Shown piece by piece: positions 1 to 9,098 of a stretch of 43,467 nucleotides of DNA. The notes below the pieces were generated by a model that was given only the letters and a program-made list of their open reading frames with translations, did not search any database and was not told where the DNA came from. The stretch's first letter is position 1. Each line of letters starts with the position of its first letter. Origin of the DNA: a virus (Duplodnaviria; Heunggongvirae; Uroviricota; Caudoviricetes); IMG/VR virus record IMGVR_UViG_3300014204_000107, positions 1 through 43,467 of that record; one strand, 5' to 3'. A program made the position numbers and the translations under genes.

Positions 1-2
1 CA

Positions 3-1064
3 ATTATTTATTATAATATTTGGGATGATCTTCCCCTGCCCCATTACAATAAGAATTTTTATAAATCATGCGATATGCTACTTGGCATTTCAAAGCAAAC
101 TTATAATATTAATAGAACAGTTCTTGAAAATGACAATTATAAAGATTGGCAAATCAAATACGTTCCACATGGTATTAATGATATTACGATGTATCCAATG
201 CGTGATAAAATGTCTATTAGCAGAAAAAGGCTTGAATTACTTGGAACAGATGAATATGAATTTGTTATAATGTATAATAGTCGCAATATTAGAAGAAAAA
301 TGACTTCAGATATTATATTGGCATTTAAAACATTCTTAGATAAATTGCCCGAAGATAAAAGAAAGAAATGTGCATTAGTATTACACACAGATGCAATCGA
401 TGAAAATGGCACAAACCTACCGGAAGTAATTAGAATATTAGCACCAGATGCAAATATAATTATACACCAACAAAAGCTTGGGCCATGGGACATGCATTAT
501 TTATACAATATTGCAGATGTTACAATTAATTTATCTTCGAATGAAGGATTTGGGCTATCAACCGCGGAATCTCTTATGTGTGGTACACCAATTATTGTAA
601 ATGTAACTGGTGGATTACAAGACCAGTGCGGGTTTAAAGATGACAATGGAAGATTATTAACAGAAGATGATTATACTGCAGATTTTCCATCCAATCACAA
701 TGGAAGATATAAAAATTGTGGTGAATGGGTGTATCCGGTATTTCCAGCAACTCGTTCTATACAAGGTTCAGTGCCTACTCCATACATATTTGATGATAGG
801 GCAAATTGGGAAGATGCAGCAGAAGCAATGTTATATTGGTATGAGATGCCATATGAACAAAGAATACAATGCGGTGATGCTGGGAGAGAATATGTTATGA
901 ATCCAAAAGTGGGAATGTCCGCGCCAGAAATGTGCCATAGATTTATTGAAAATATTAATATTTGCATGGATAAGTTTGAGCCACGCAAAAAGTTTACATT
1001 ATTTGATATGAATAATTATAAGACAACTGTTGATCATGTTGGCATATTGCCAACCGTAAAGTAA
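3..1064 (+). CDS. GT-B (GT4-like) glycosyltransferase, 5'-truncated by window edge
   Basis: Frame is open from nt 3 (IIYYNIWDDLPLPHYNKNFYKSCD) into the listed ORF; NEGFGLSTAESLMCGTPII is the GT4 donor-binding E-x7-E motif. Confidence 0.85.
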   Translation: MIYYNIWDDLPLPHYNKNFYKSCDMLLGISKQTYNINRTVLENDNYKDWQIKYVPHGINDITMYPMRDKMSISRKRLELLGTDEYEFVIMYNSRNIRRKMTSDIILAFKTFLDKLPEDKRKKCALVLHTDAIDENGTNLPEVIRILAPDANIIIHQQKLGPWDMHYLYNIADVTINLSSNEGFGLSTAESLMCGTPIIVNVTGGLQDQCGFKDDNGRLLTEDDYTADFPSNHNGRYKNCGEWVYPVFPATRSIQGSVPTPYIFDDRANWEDAAEAMLYWYEMPYEQRIQCGDAGREYVMNPKVGMSAPEMCHRFIENINICMDKFEPRKKFTLFDMNNYKTTVDHVGILPTVK

Positions 1065-1070
1065 AAAGTT

Positions 1071-1373
1071 ATGAAAATAATTGAATTAATGCGTAGTACA
1101 ACTACAGATACATTAATTGGTCAAGATTTAATATCCGCCGCAGAAGGTGTTGGCGGATTTAGTAAGATTGACGAATTTAAAAATTCAAAAGTAGAAGTAA
1201 TTAATCTTATTGAAGGTGCAGATTATGTGCCAACCGAAACTGTTTATCAAAACGAAGCAGAATGGTCCTTTGTGGAGAACGTGAAGCTGCATTCAATTCG
1301 TCTTGTTAATAAAGGAATACAACCGTTAGAAATTGTAGTGTTTCGAATAACAAAGGATTCAATTAAAAAATGA
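1071..1373 (+). CDS. Hypothetical protein, paralog of next gene
   Basis: 100-aa ORF; shares DEFKNSKVEV and EW..ENVKL..I.LV with 1370..1711. Confidence 0.7.
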   Translation: MKIIELMRSTTTDTLIGQDLISAAEGVGGFSKIDEFKNSKVEVINLIEGADYVPTETVYQNEAEWSFVENVKLHSIRLVNKGIQPLEIVVFRITKDSIKK

Positions 1374-1711
1374 AACTATTAGATGAACTAATGTTTGCGG
1401 ATCTTCCAAAAGATTCAAATGAAAAAATTAGATTTGTAATGATGGGAGAATGGCTTAAATTAATGTTTACTAATATTGAACGCACGTTTGATGAATTTAA
1501 AAATTCTAAAGTAGAAGTTTTAAGCCAATGTGATGGCATTGATGAGAATTTTAATTTTATATCAACTGTAAGCAAGAAACAAAATGATTTAGAGTGGCAA
1601 ATGGCAGAGAATGTTAAATTATATGCAATAGTATTAGTAAGAGACCCAGAAACAAAAGAATATAATGTAGTTTATAGGCTAACGCCAGAATCAATAAAAT
1701 ATTTAAAATGA
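1370..1711 (+). CDS. Hypothetical protein, paralog of previous gene
   Basis: 113 aa; ATGA overlaps on both sides; shared motifs as above. Confidence 0.7.
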   Translation: MKLLDELMFADLPKDSNEKIRFVMMGEWLKLMFTNIERTFDEFKNSKVEVLSQCDGIDENFNFISTVSKKQNDLEWQMAENVKLYAIVLVRDPETKEYNVVYRLTPESIKYLK

Positions 1712-2427
1712 AATTAATCAAACCAAGTTACGAAATACGCACTGAAATAGATGGTGCAAGAATACTTAAAAGTATTGAAGAAGCAGGCAGAACTTGCTAT
1801 AAATCTGAAGATAAAATAACAGAAGATTCAGCTGAAGAGTTTGTAGCAATGCTATTGAGAAGAGGACATGAATCTGTATTGGAACATGAAACTATATCTG
1901 TTAAGTTTATTTGTGATCGCGGAGTATCGCATGAAATAGTTCGCCACCGTTTATGTTCATTTAGTCAAGAAAGCACAAGGTATTGCAATTATGGCAATCA
2001 AGAACATATTACATTTATAGTTCCACAATGGGTTGATTTTGAACAAATAAATGATTTTAATAATTTTGAAATAGCCAATCCTGACGAAGAAGGACTCATA
2101 TTCAGTATACCACCAGATATGGGAATGTGGTATCTCAGTATGAGAGATGCAGAAGAAAGTTATAAATATTTAATAGAAAAAGGCTGGAAACCAGAACAAG
2201 CACGTTCAGTATTGCCAAACTCGCTGAAAACAGAAATTGTTGTGACAGCAAACTGCAGGCAGTGGCGAACTATATTTAAACAACGTACAGCAAAACAAGC
2301 ACATCCGCAAATGAGAGAATTAATGATACCATTATTGCATGAATTAGCATGGAAAATACCTGTAATATTTAATGATATATTAGAACAATGTGCGGAAGAT
2401 ATAAATAAAAATAACAATAAACAATAA
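1708..2427 (+). CDS. thyX: Flavin-dependent thymidylate synthase
   Basis: ThyX signature RHRLCSFSQESTRY, plus GHESVLEH and EQARSVLPN. Confidence 0.95.
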   Translation: MKLIKPSYEIRTEIDGARILKSIEEAGRTCYKSEDKITEDSAEEFVAMLLRRGHESVLEHETISVKFICDRGVSHEIVRHRLCSFSQESTRYCNYGNQEHITFIVPQWVDFEQINDFNNFEIANPDEEGLIFSIPPDMGMWYLSMRDAEESYKYLIEKGWKPEQARSVLPNSLKTEIVVTANCRQWRTIFKQRTAKQAHPQMRELMIPLLHELAWKIPVIFNDILEQCAEDINKNNNKQ

Positions 2428-2430
2428 ATT

Positions 2431-3906
2431 ATGGCAGCACCATTAGTATTAATACAAAGTCCAATCCTCACACAAAGCGGATATGGCGCCCATTCAAGAG
2501 ATATAGTAAAAGCATTATTTGAATTATATCCCGATTGGGATTTCTATTTTATTCCAACTCGCTGGGGCAATACACCACATAATGCAGTAGATCCAAATTC
2601 AGATTTTGGTAAAAAGATACATGAAACGATATTAACTGGTCCATTACCAAGAAGGCCCGATTTATTTATTCAAATATCGGTACCCAACGAAGCACAGCCA
2701 GTTGGTATATTTAATATTATGATAACTGCGGGTATTGAAACAACTATTGTAGACCCAAGTTGGATAGAGGGCTGCAATCGCATGGATCTTATAATTGTAC
2801 CATCAAAACATGCAAAAGATATATTTGAACAGACATCATTTGAAAAACGTGATAAGCAAACCAATGCAGTTCAAGAAGTTCTTAAATTAAGAAAACCCGT
2901 GGAAGTCTTGTTCGAAGGCGTCTTGACTGACATTTTTAAACCAGTTAAGAAAGAAGAAATAGATCCAATGCTAGTTTCAGATATTGATTCTATTCCAGAT
3001 GATTTTTGCTTCCTTTACTGCGGGCACTGGTTGCAAGGTAACCTATTTCATGATAGAAAAGACGTTGGTGGTTTAGTAAAAACTTTCTTAGAAACCTTTA
3101 AGCACGAAGAAAAGAAGCCAGCATTAATTTTAAAAACAAGTGGTGCAACATATTCCTACCTTGATTTAGAAGAGATAGCATATAAAGTAAATCAAATAAA
3201 GAATTTAGTTGGTAAAAACTTGCCAAACGTATATATTCTGCACGGTGATCTTACTGATGCAGGAATGAATGGCCTTTATAACCACCCAAAAATAAAAGCA
3301 ATGGTTAATTTCACACATGGGGAGGGATACTGCAGGCCATTAGCTGAATTTTGTGCGGCAACAAAGAAACCATTAATAGTAACTGGTTGGAGTGGGCAAA
3401 TGGACTTCTTAATTCCAGATGGAGCTGTCTTATTAAACGGTGAATTACGACAAGTAGACCCATCTGCAGCGTGGGAAGGGTTCATAATGAAAGAATCATC
3501 TTGGTTTTATGTTGATTATAAAGCAGCTGGTGCAATAATGAAGAGAGTATTTTTACAATATGGCCAATTCGATGAACGAGGAAGAAAGCAGCATAACCAT
3601 ATTGTAAAGAATTTTACATATGATGCAATGAAAGAAAAAATGAAACCATTGCTTGATAGTGTTATCAATAGAATACCAAAAGCAATGGATATTAAATTGC
3701 CAAAATTGCAATTTATAAAACCATTAAATGCACAACAAACTGAACAACCCGTTGATGTTATTGCTGAACCAATAGAAGATGCAACACCACAGCAAGAAAG
3801 GAAAAAAGCAGACCCACCAAATATGAGTAAAGCAACTACTACATATTTAGAAAATGTGCAAACAATAACAATACCAGATAATAGCAACACTTTATTCCCT
3901 AAATAA
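2431..3906 (+). CDS. GT-B (GT4-like) glycosyltransferase
   Basis: TQSGYGAHSRD N-terminus, HGEGYCRPLAEF and VTGWSGQMDFL motifs; low-complexity C-terminal tail. Confidence 0.8.
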   Translation: MAAPLVLIQSPILTQSGYGAHSRDIVKALFELYPDWDFYFIPTRWGNTPHNAVDPNSDFGKKIHETILTGPLPRRPDLFIQISVPNEAQPVGIFNIMITAGIETTIVDPSWIEGCNRMDLIIVPSKHAKDIFEQTSFEKRDKQTNAVQEVLKLRKPVEVLFEGVLTDIFKPVKKEEIDPMLVSDIDSIPDDFCFLYCGHWLQGNLFHDRKDVGGLVKTFLETFKHEEKKPALILKTSGATYSYLDLEEIAYKVNQIKNLVGKNLPNVYILHGDLTDAGMNGLYNHPKIKAMVNFTHGEGYCRPLAEFCAATKKPLIVTGWSGQMDFLIPDGAVLLNGELRQVDPSAAWEGFIMKESSWFYVDYKAAGAIMKRVFLQYGQFDERGRKQHNHIVKNFTYDAMKEKMKPLLDSVINRIPKAMDIKLPKLQFIKPLNAQQTEQPVDVIAEPIEDATPQQERKKADPPNMSKATTTYLENVQTITIPDNSNTLFPK

Positions 3907-3907
3907 T

Positions 3908-4378
3908 ATGGAAGCAGAAAAGAAAACAATATGTGGAATATGCAGCAGCCCTGAATGCATTGTGGTTGATAAAAATGGCATAGAAACAAGAATATGCCTT
4001 GAATGCGGGTATATGACGTCTTCCGAATATGTAATTGGTTCGCCAAAGGTAGAAGAATATGAAAAAACAACATCAAGATTGATAAAAGAAATGCGTAGGT
4101 CAGATGCTGCATTAGGACAATGGTGGTATTTATCAGTAGTGACAGTGCCCGATGAATGTATGATATTTCCAGTCGGCAACCCAAAAGATTGGCGGTGGGG
4201 ATTTGCTAAAATGGTGTCTATACCGATTCATGAACGCCAAAAATTTCCAATTCCAGATAAACCCAGCAAATATTATGAATCTAGGTTGGGAATTGAAAAT
4301 TCAAAATATTTTGTATCATTTAAACAGGCATTTGCGTTATTAAATGAGAAAGATGTTAGAAAACAATTTACATTTTAA
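3908..4378 (+). CDS. Hypothetical protein with N-terminal Cys cluster (CGICSSPEC...CLECG)
   Basis: 156-aa ORF abutting previous gene; putative zinc ribbon. Confidence 0.65.
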   Translation: MEAEKKTICGICSSPECIVVDKNGIETRICLECGYMTSSEYVIGSPKVEEYEKTTSRLIKEMRRSDAALGQWWYLSVVTVPDECMIFPVGNPKDWRWGFAKMVSIPIHERQKFPIPDKPSKYYESRLGIENSKYFVSFKQAFALLNEKDVRKQFTF

Positions 4379-4390
4379 AGGAGATTACAA

Positions 4391-4723
4391 ATGGATAAAA
4401 AAGATGAATTTTTTACAAAAAATGAAAACTACAATACGCAAACATATGAAGGTAAGTTACTTTCAATTATAGCGGATGAATTTATACAAAATCATTTATC
4501 CGGTGTATTAAATGCAAATGGGTTGTTAAGATTTATACGAAGACAACTTGACGCATTAGAATTATTTGATTCACTTGAGGTAGAATTGCTTGATTCTCAA
4601 TGGGATGACCCACAATTAGAGGGAGCGACTGGGTTTAGAATATTATTTGAACCAAAGGGCAAAAACAATAAAAAAGTATTAGATGTTCACGTTCGAATGA
4701 ACGGTGATGAATCAAAGGAATAA
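4391..4723 (+). CDS. Hypothetical protein
   Basis: 110-aa ORF with AAGGAG SD upstream. Confidence 0.65.
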   Translation: MDKKDEFFTKNENYNTQTYEGKLLSIIADEFIQNHLSGVLNANGLLRFIRRQLDALELFDSLEVELLDSQWDDPQLEGATGFRILFEPKGKNNKKVLDVHVRMNGDESKE

Positions 4724-5799
4724 TGAATTATATTAAATACATACCGCTATTTGCTAATCAGAATACGCAAATTAATTTAACAAATTGGCTTGTAAGTAAT
4801 TCAGGGGGTCGTTGTGATGGAGGAGGTGCATATAGCATTCCATACCAATTAGAGCATGATGTTATAAATACTATTAATAAAGAGTATTTTATATTTGATG
4901 GTCTGGTATTATTGGCAAGTAGTTCATTGTTAAAAAATAATTTTTTAGACGATATTACAAATAATGTTATATTATTTGGTGAAGATTGTATAATTACTAC
5001 ACCAACGCTACCATGCCATGCGGACATATATTCATTTAATTATGCATTGCAAGTATCAAATACTAAATATATAAAAACATTTAGTGACTTGCAGACAAAA
5101 TACCCAAACCATAAATTTTTAAATGTTATTCGCGGTAATAATTGCTCTGAAATTAAGAATTGGTATGGTAGAGTTAAAAAATATAATAACTTTCATGGTT
5201 ATGCAATTGAATGCTACGGTATTAAAGAATATTTTTTATATGCAATAGCGTTATTAGTAGATAACAATGAATTCAATAGGGACAATTTTAACTATTTACA
5301 CTTTTTCAATATAGAAAGAACAGATGATATATTATTACTTATCCTGTTAAATCGCACATTACATGAAAAATATGGTGATAAAATAGCAATATCATTTAGT
5401 AATTATATGCTTGACGAATATGAAGTGCATGGTGCATATTTAAATGATATACAACATTTGGGAACTATGCAATTTAATGTAGACGAAAAGGATATTGATT
5501 TAGCATCGAATTTACCGTGTTTGATCGACTGTGAAATGTGTTCTAACACCAAGTACAAAGATATAATGAACGTCGAGCAGAACAGAGGCAAATCATTTTT
5601 ACCACATAATTTCTGGATTTATTTAACCCACATTAGGGAGACAAGTAATTACACAAATAATATAAGATTAAAAGAAATGTTTAAATATGATAAGAAATTA
5701 GCAATTTATTATTCTCTTTTATCTGATTATGTTAATGGTAGCTTTAAAGCTGCAAGTTATTTCAATAGATATTTAACAAAAACAAAGCATATTATATGA
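4723..5799 (+). CDS. TGT/DpdA-fold (tRNA-guanine transglycosylase-like) protein with degenerate active site
   Basis: C-terminal Zn motif LPCLIDCEMC-x22-HN; KFLNVIRG, WY..VK.Y.NFHGY and YLHFFNI blocks match the phage TGT-like family as I recall it; the catalytic GDSGG position reads GEDCI. Confidence 0.65.
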   Translation: MNYIKYIPLFANQNTQINLTNWLVSNSGGRCDGGGAYSIPYQLEHDVINTINKEYFIFDGLVLLASSSLLKNNFLDDITNNVILFGEDCIITTPTLPCHADIYSFNYALQVSNTKYIKTFSDLQTKYPNHKFLNVIRGNNCSEIKNWYGRVKKYNNFHGYAIECYGIKEYFLYAIALLVDNNEFNRDNFNYLHFFNIERTDDILLLILLNRTLHEKYGDKIAISFSNYMLDEYEVHGAYLNDIQHLGTMQFNVDEKDIDLASNLPCLIDCEMCSNTKYKDIMNVEQNRGKSFLPHNFWIYLTHIRETSNYTNNIRLKEMFKYDKKLAIYYSLLSDYVNGSFKAASYFNRYLTKTKHII

Positions 5800-6380
5800 A
5801 AGACAAATTTTATAACTTCAAAGATTGTCATATTGCGTTAAAGATGATTACTGTAGATGGTAAACAAGTTGGTAGTACATGCTCTATACCAATGAATTCT
5901 TTACATCGGCTTGAAGAAGTGCATTGTGTTGGCACTGCATTTTCTGATATGCTTGATATGTGGTTATTTGATATAAATCATGAAACGCAAGATACAGCAA
6001 TGCCATTTGATACTAAAGCATGGGATCTTAGCAGTAGACCTACTCCTGGTACATATATGATGGATACAAAATCATTTAAAACGGATGAAGTTGCACCACA
6101 TAAATCAATTATATCAAGATATTCCACTGCAACGTTAAACGTAGATCCAAAATATGATATAAAAGAACAACTATATGAGGGCTCAAAAGAAGTATATGGT
6201 GCAGATTACAATATATTTTATTTTGTACGTGGCTCTCATTCGTTGCGGTTATTAAATTGCCCAACATTTGATAGTGAAGAACAGGCGTGGCAATGGATAA
6301 AAGACAATAAAAAAGAAATAAAAGAATCATTAAATAATGCAACAGTCGAAATATCTGTAATTAAATCACAAATGTTGTAA
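5796..6380 (+). CDS. Hypothetical protein
   Basis: 194-aa ORF, ATGA-coupled to previous gene. Confidence 0.6.
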   Translation: MKDKFYNFKDCHIALKMITVDGKQVGSTCSIPMNSLHRLEEVHCVGTAFSDMLDMWLFDINHETQDTAMPFDTKAWDLSSRPTPGTYMMDTKSFKTDEVAPHKSIISRYSTATLNVDPKYDIKEQLYEGSKEVYGADYNIFYFVRGSHSLRLLNCPTFDSEEQAWQWIKDNKKEIKESLNNATVEISVIKSQML

Positions 6381-6407
6381 AAAATCAATTCATAAGAATA
6401 TATATTG

Positions 6408-6467
6408 TTGGTTCGCCTTTTAAGGGGACCGCAAGTTAGAACCAAATGTTTAACAAATTAAAAGGAG
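6408..6467 (+). promoter_or_regulatory. Structured 5' leader of Hsp20 gene plus SD
   Basis: GGTTC-G-CC-TTTTAA-GG-GGACC hairpin 6410-6430; alternative perfect pairing TTGGTTC 6408-6414 / GAACCAA 6439-6445; AAAGGAG at 6461-6467. Confidence 0.5.
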
Positions 6468-6474
6468 AAGTGCA

Positions 6475-6960
6475 ATGAAAGATGTACAAAAGAAAGAAAT
6501 GTTGCCAACATTTCAAAAACAACGCAATGAATTTTTAACACCAATTGACCAATGGTTTGATGAAATGGTTAGTAATTTTTTTCCATCATCCGCGGATGTA
6601 GGAATAAAGCCATTTGAGTCATACTCTTATCCAAAAGTCGATATTAAAGAGTATGATAATAATATTAACATTACTGCCGATATTGCAGGTATGAACAAGG
6701 ATGACGTTAAAATTGCAATCAAAGATGATGTATTAACTATCAGCGGCAAAAAGACATATGAAAATACAGAGGAAGATGGTGGTACTTATCTAAAGCGTGA
6801 AATAAAAAAGAGCCAATTTTCAAGATCATTTCAATTAAATGATAATATGGACAAGAGTTCAGTTAACGCAACATTTAAAGATGGTTTGCTTAAGTTAATA
6901 ATCAATAAGATTAAACCAGCAATACCAGACGTCATAGATGTTGAAATTAAAGAAGGCTAA
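6475..6960 (+). CDS. Small heat-shock protein (Hsp20 / alpha-crystallin domain)
   Basis: PKVDIKE...ADIAGMNKDDVKI...LTISG...REIKKSQFSRSFQL...ATFKDGLL. Confidence 0.93.
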   Translation: MKDVQKKEMLPTFQKQRNEFLTPIDQWFDEMVSNFFPSSADVGIKPFESYSYPKVDIKEYDNNINITADIAGMNKDDVKIAIKDDVLTISGKKTYENTEEDGGTYLKREIKKSQFSRSFQLNDNMDKSSVNATFKDGLLKLIINKIKPAIPDVIDVEIKEG

Positions 6961-6970
6961 ATTAGCAATA

Positions 6971-6999
6971 GGGGCAGCAAAATGCTGCCCCATTGTTTT
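6971..6999 (+). terminator. Intrinsic terminator after Hsp20
   Basis: Perfect 9-bp stem GGGGCAGCA-AAA-TGCTGCCCC followed by ATTGTTTT. Confidence 0.75.
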
Positions 7000-7011
7000 A
7001 AAATATAGTAG

Positions 7012-7773
7012 ATGAAAATAAGTTACGCAATTTTAGCATGCAATGAAGCATATGAATTAGACCAATTAATCCAATTCCTCGTTGCTAACAAAAGGGAAGA
7101 AGATGAAATAGTCGTAGTCACTGACGAAGGTAAAACAACAGATGATGTTAAATATGTGGTTGGAACTAAATATAAAAATTCAATTGCAGTTTGGGCCGAA
7201 CATCCGCTAAATAATAATTTTGCAGACCAAAAGAACTATTTAAATTCGATATGTACGGGTGACTATATCTTTAATATCGATGCGGATGAAGGAATGTTTG
7301 TTGAATTAATAACTAACCTTCCGGCAATAATTGAAGATAATAGTAATATTGATATGTTCTTAGTCGGCAGGATTAATATAGTAGACGGATTGACAACTGA
7401 GCATGTTAAGCAATGGGGCTGGACTGTTACAAAAAATAATTCTTTCATAGAAGAACGGGTGATGGATATAACATCACCAGCATACAAGTTATTGTTTGAT
7501 AGCGGATTTATAATTGAAGAACATATTAATACTGCGTTAAATGAAAATACATCAAGCATCGTAAAATATTATGTGCCAATAGTTAATTTTCCAGATAGTC
7601 AAATGCGCATATACCGCAACAAGCCAGAAATTAAATGGGTTAATGCAGTACATGAAGTATTAAGTGGATATGGTTCATATACTCATTTTCCTTTGCAAGA
7701 GCAGTTTTGCTTATTGCATATAAAAGATATTAAAAAACAAGAACAACAAAATAGTTTTTACGCAACAATATAA
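7012..7773 (+). CDS. GT2-family glycosyltransferase
   Basis: ISYAILACNE, NNFADQKNY, FNIDADE (DxD), NFPDSQMRIY, VHEVLSG. Confidence 0.85.
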   Translation: MKISYAILACNEAYELDQLIQFLVANKREEDEIVVVTDEGKTTDDVKYVVGTKYKNSIAVWAEHPLNNNFADQKNYLNSICTGDYIFNIDADEGMFVELITNLPAIIEDNSNIDMFLVGRINIVDGLTTEHVKQWGWTVTKNNSFIEERVMDITSPAYKLLFDSGFIIEEHINTALNENTSSIVKYYVPIVNFPDSQMRIYRNKPEIKWVNAVHEVLSGYGSYTHFPLQEQFCLLHIKDIKKQEQQNSFYATI

Positions 7774-7774
7774 G

Positions 7775-9097
7775 ATGAGCACAAAATTAGAAAATATTTT
7801 AAACTTGGTTGATGAATATATTGCAGATAAAAAATCAAATAAAAAATGGAGACCAAGCATTGACGTAGTAAGATATGCTGGAGATTATTATTCTTCTGAT
7901 GAATATATGCGTGCAATTAAGACTCTATTAGAAGGTTGGCTTGTATTAGGCAAAGATGCGCAGGAATTTGAAGATAGATTTTCTAAATTGTTTGGCAAAA
8001 AGTATGGTGCATTAACGAATAGTGGTTCGAGTGCAAATTTATTAATGATGACTGCCATGACATCAAAACAACTATATGACTTTCCACAAGGAACGAAAGT
8101 AATTGTACCGATAGCAGGATTCCCGGCCACATTAACGCCGATATTACAAGTTGGATTTAAACCTATATTTGTTGATATTGAATTAGATACATTAAATTTA
8201 GATTTAGACCAAGTAGAACTTGCAGCAAAAGAAAGCGGGGCAAAGATAATAACATTTGCCCATGTATTAGGTAATCCGCCTAATATGGATAGAGTAATGA
8301 ATATAGTTAAGAAATATAATTTAATATTGCTTGAAGATTGTTGCGATGCATTGGGCAGCACATATGATGGTAAACCACTTGGCAGTTTTGGTGAGATGGC
8401 AAGTTGTTCGTTTTATCCAGCACACCATATAACAATGGGAGAAGGTGGATTTGTAGCAACTAATACACTACCGCAGGAAAGAGTAATAAAGAGTTTTAGA
8501 GATTGGGGCAGAGCTTGTTATTGTGAAGGAAAAGCAAGCATATGTGCAACTGGTACATGCAGAAAAAGATTTAGTAATTGGTTAGACGCATTGCCAAATG
8601 AAATAGTTGATCACAAATATGTATATAATGAAATTGGATATAATTTAAAACCAATTGAATTGCAAGCATCATTGGGATTGGCGCAGCTTGATAAATTAGA
8701 AGAAATAATACAAATAAGAAAGCGCAATTTCAAATTATTATTTAATATATTCAGCAAATATGAAGAATATTTCTATTTACCAAAAGCAACAGAAAAATCT
8801 GATCCAAGTTGGTTTGCATTTCCATTGACAATTAAAGATAAAGCACCATTTAATAGGCACAAGTTGCTTCAATATTTGGAAAATAATAAAGTACAAACAC
8901 GGCAATATTTTGGTGGTAATTTAATGCTACAACCAGCATATTCTGAAATGGTAGATGTTAATATGGCAAGAGATTTATATCCAATAGCAACAAAAGCCAC
9001 TATTGATACTTTCTTTTTAGGCGTTTCGCCAGTTATAACAGAAGAACAAATTAAATATATTGCGGAAATAATTGAAACATTTTTTAATAGATTATAA
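7775..9097 (+). CDS. rfbH: PMP/[2Fe-2S]-dependent NDP-4-keto-6-deoxyhexose 3-dehydrase (RfbH/DdhC/SpnQ-like, DegT family)
   Basis: NSGSSANLL, EDCCDALGS, SFYPAHHITMGEGG (His in place of the aminotransferase Lys), Cys cluster GRACYC..C..GTC. Confidence 0.88.
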   Translation: MSTKLENILNLVDEYIADKKSNKKWRPSIDVVRYAGDYYSSDEYMRAIKTLLEGWLVLGKDAQEFEDRFSKLFGKKYGALTNSGSSANLLMMTAMTSKQLYDFPQGTKVIVPIAGFPATLTPILQVGFKPIFVDIELDTLNLDLDQVELAAKESGAKIITFAHVLGNPPNMDRVMNIVKKYNLILLEDCCDALGSTYDGKPLGSFGEMASCSFYPAHHITMGEGGFVATNTLPQERVIKSFRDWGRACYCEGKASICATGTCRKRFSNWLDALPNEIVDHKYVYNEIGYNLKPIELQASLGLAQLDKLEEIIQIRKRNFKLLFNIFSKYEEYFYLPKATEKSDPSWFAFPLTIKDKAPFNRHKLLQYLENNKVQTRQYFGGNLMLQPAYSEMVDVNMARDLYPIATKATIDTFFLGVSPVITEEQIKYIAEIIETFFNRL

Positions 9098-9098
9098 T

